Assembly: GCF_008831285.2 (NCBI RefSeq)
Contig: NC_045138.2
Location: forward strand, 37,634,001 to 37,698,000
Direction of reading: 5' to 3'
Source: Nymphaea colorata
Taxonomy: Eukaryota
Length of the DNA: 64,000 bases
The stretch's first letter is position 1; every line of letters starts with the position of its first letter. Under the pieces are notes generated by a model. The model saw nothing but the letters and a program-made list of their open reading frames with translations, was not told the origin of the DNA and did not search any database. This document shows, piece after piece, positions 62,005 to 64,000 of the stretch. A program made the translations under genes and the position numbers.

Positions 62005-64000
62005 CATACGTCTACACGAAATGGGCCTCATTTACTTAATTGATCAGAGATAAAAGTATGCATATGAACAGTGAAAAAAAAATGTTAATTTGATGTTTCA
62101 GCAACATATGGGTATAGTGTAATCAGGCAGCAGAGCGGCGCACACTTGAAAAGCATAAACGTGACCTTACATAATCTTAGGCCAAGTGCCTCATTTGCAT
62201 CGGAAGCCTGTGATTCGATTTTTTGTCCAAGAATTTGAGGAAACTAGTTAACAAAAAACATGCCAGAGATGTAATTGTTGATCCATTGCCAAAAATAACG
62301 TGGAAGTAATACTTACAGTTCACTGTCTAGTGTATCAAAAAATTTTTGTTCTAATACTATATCAGGTAATTAAATTAGACTTATTAATTATTTCGGAGGT
62401 ACATAATCTTGTCTCGCGAAGTACTGTTTGATCTATGTAATTGCAAGCTTAGCTTGAACTTGATTCAAACTCAGGCTTGAGTGTAACTGCAACTTATGAT
62501 TGATCATGAGGTTGTGTACAGACCATTCAACTACGCAATTCGAATCTTATACTGGCATGGCTGGACTCTACAAACTTGACATAAAAAGAAAATCTTGGGG
62601 ACAATTTACTTAATCAGTGGTTAGTTAGTCATTTAAGCAATGTTAATTTAAAATGTATATTTGTGTATGATCAGTTATTTAGTATTAACCACTGCCTGGT
62701 AAACCATGTGTAAATGTTATAGGACTTCCTTTGGAGGCATATGAGCTATGTGTATATTTGCTTTGGCTCTTCCATATGTGTTCTTCAGATCAGAAGAGAA
62801 GAAACAAACACAAAAACCAAGACAAGCACTTGCATGGTTAATTTAGTCAGTCCCAACAATTGAAGCGTTGGAGTGAATACTTAAGTGATTTGGTTGCGCC
62901 ATGATTCTCGAGAACCAATATGATATGAGATTTGTCTCAGTAAGGAATCTAATTATCTGAACTTAAGAAGAAAACCAGAAACCATGAAGTAATGATCAAA
63001 TTCTGAATTGATTTGGGATTTTGCTATGGAATCTGATGGTTTCGAGGTTTTTTACAAGCATAAAAGAATATTATCCAATATTTTATCAAAAGAGCTGAAT
63101 TTTGTCTAACAACAAGAACCTGTCATGCCAAGAAAGTCCGAAGACCAGGATTCATGTCAATGGCATCGCCATTTCTTGAGAAAGAGAAAGGGGAGAGATC
63201 GCTTTTCCTGATATATGAGTGATGGAGCCTGTCATCATAGGAAAGTGACGGCAGCCGGCACCAAGGCCCGGCCAGTTGCACTCCACTTGCAGAGATTCCA
63301 CACACAGACGTCTTCTGAGAAAAGCTCTGCACTCGAATGTCGATCCCAACTGATGGATGTATTACTTTATTAAAGTGAAAGAGTGATCGATGTTGGCTGG
63401 AAAAGATGTTAATTTCTCGTATACAAGTTTGGCATCTTCCTGTTAAAATCGCTACCCGCCGGGATTTGGGCCGGATGCCAAAACTTTATCCCCAGTATCA
63501 TCTATACCAACTCTGACTCATGGCAGCTTTTATCTTGAGTTTTCTCTGACTTATGGTTTCCACTTTAATTCCAAAGCGGCAATTCATGACTCATCTATAT
63601 ATATATATATATATATATAAAAGTTGTTGAGTTCAGTCAGTCAACTGATATCCTTCCACAGCTGCCATTATTTGTCAGATTCCAAATTAACATCAAACTC
63701 AAGGAAGGGCTTTCCTCCTCATCTTAATTAATACAATCGTGAATTCCAGATCGACAAACCGCCATTATCGGTCACTACATTGCAACATTACCAATGCACA
63801 GGCAAGCAAGCAATGGATCACGGCTTGAATCAACAGCACCAATTAATCTTACATACCGAGAAAGATATGTTCTGCGCCCTCGTTTTCATTGGTGTCAAAA
63901 GTCTTCACGTCAGTGAGCCGGAAACCGGGGCCCCCCGACTCTGCAACTTTGTCATGATAAAGGAGATCGAACAAGATGAACCATCCTGTCAGAAACACGA

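Overview
This is eukaryotic (angiosperm) nuclear DNA, AT-rich and intron-rich; the species cannot be fixed from the sequence alone. It holds five + strand protein-coding genes. These are a 17-coding-exon class I trehalose-6-phosphate synthase (TPS1, 11759-28064, ~943 aa), a 10-exon secreted subtilase (SBT5.6-like, 36290-44108, ~796 aa, with one obligatory GC-AG intron), and three tandem intronless S40/DUF584 senescence-regulator paralogues. Introns and intergenic DNA carry many MITE-like elements, local duplications and microsatellites. The most notable hidden signal is a decayed endogenous geminivirus-like (mastrevirus-type) Rep gene on the minus strand at ~54770-55710, between S40 copies 2 and 3. 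Its RCR motifs are collinear, it has its own TATA box, and a remnant of the TAATATTAC origin lies where expected. Other points of interest: one S40 copy has ACG where its paralogues have the ATG start, all three S40 copies share a downstream palindrome, TPS1 may have a distant leader exon with a uORF, and there is a candidate small antisense gene upstream of TPS1. All splice and motif calls were made by eye; no database searches were run.
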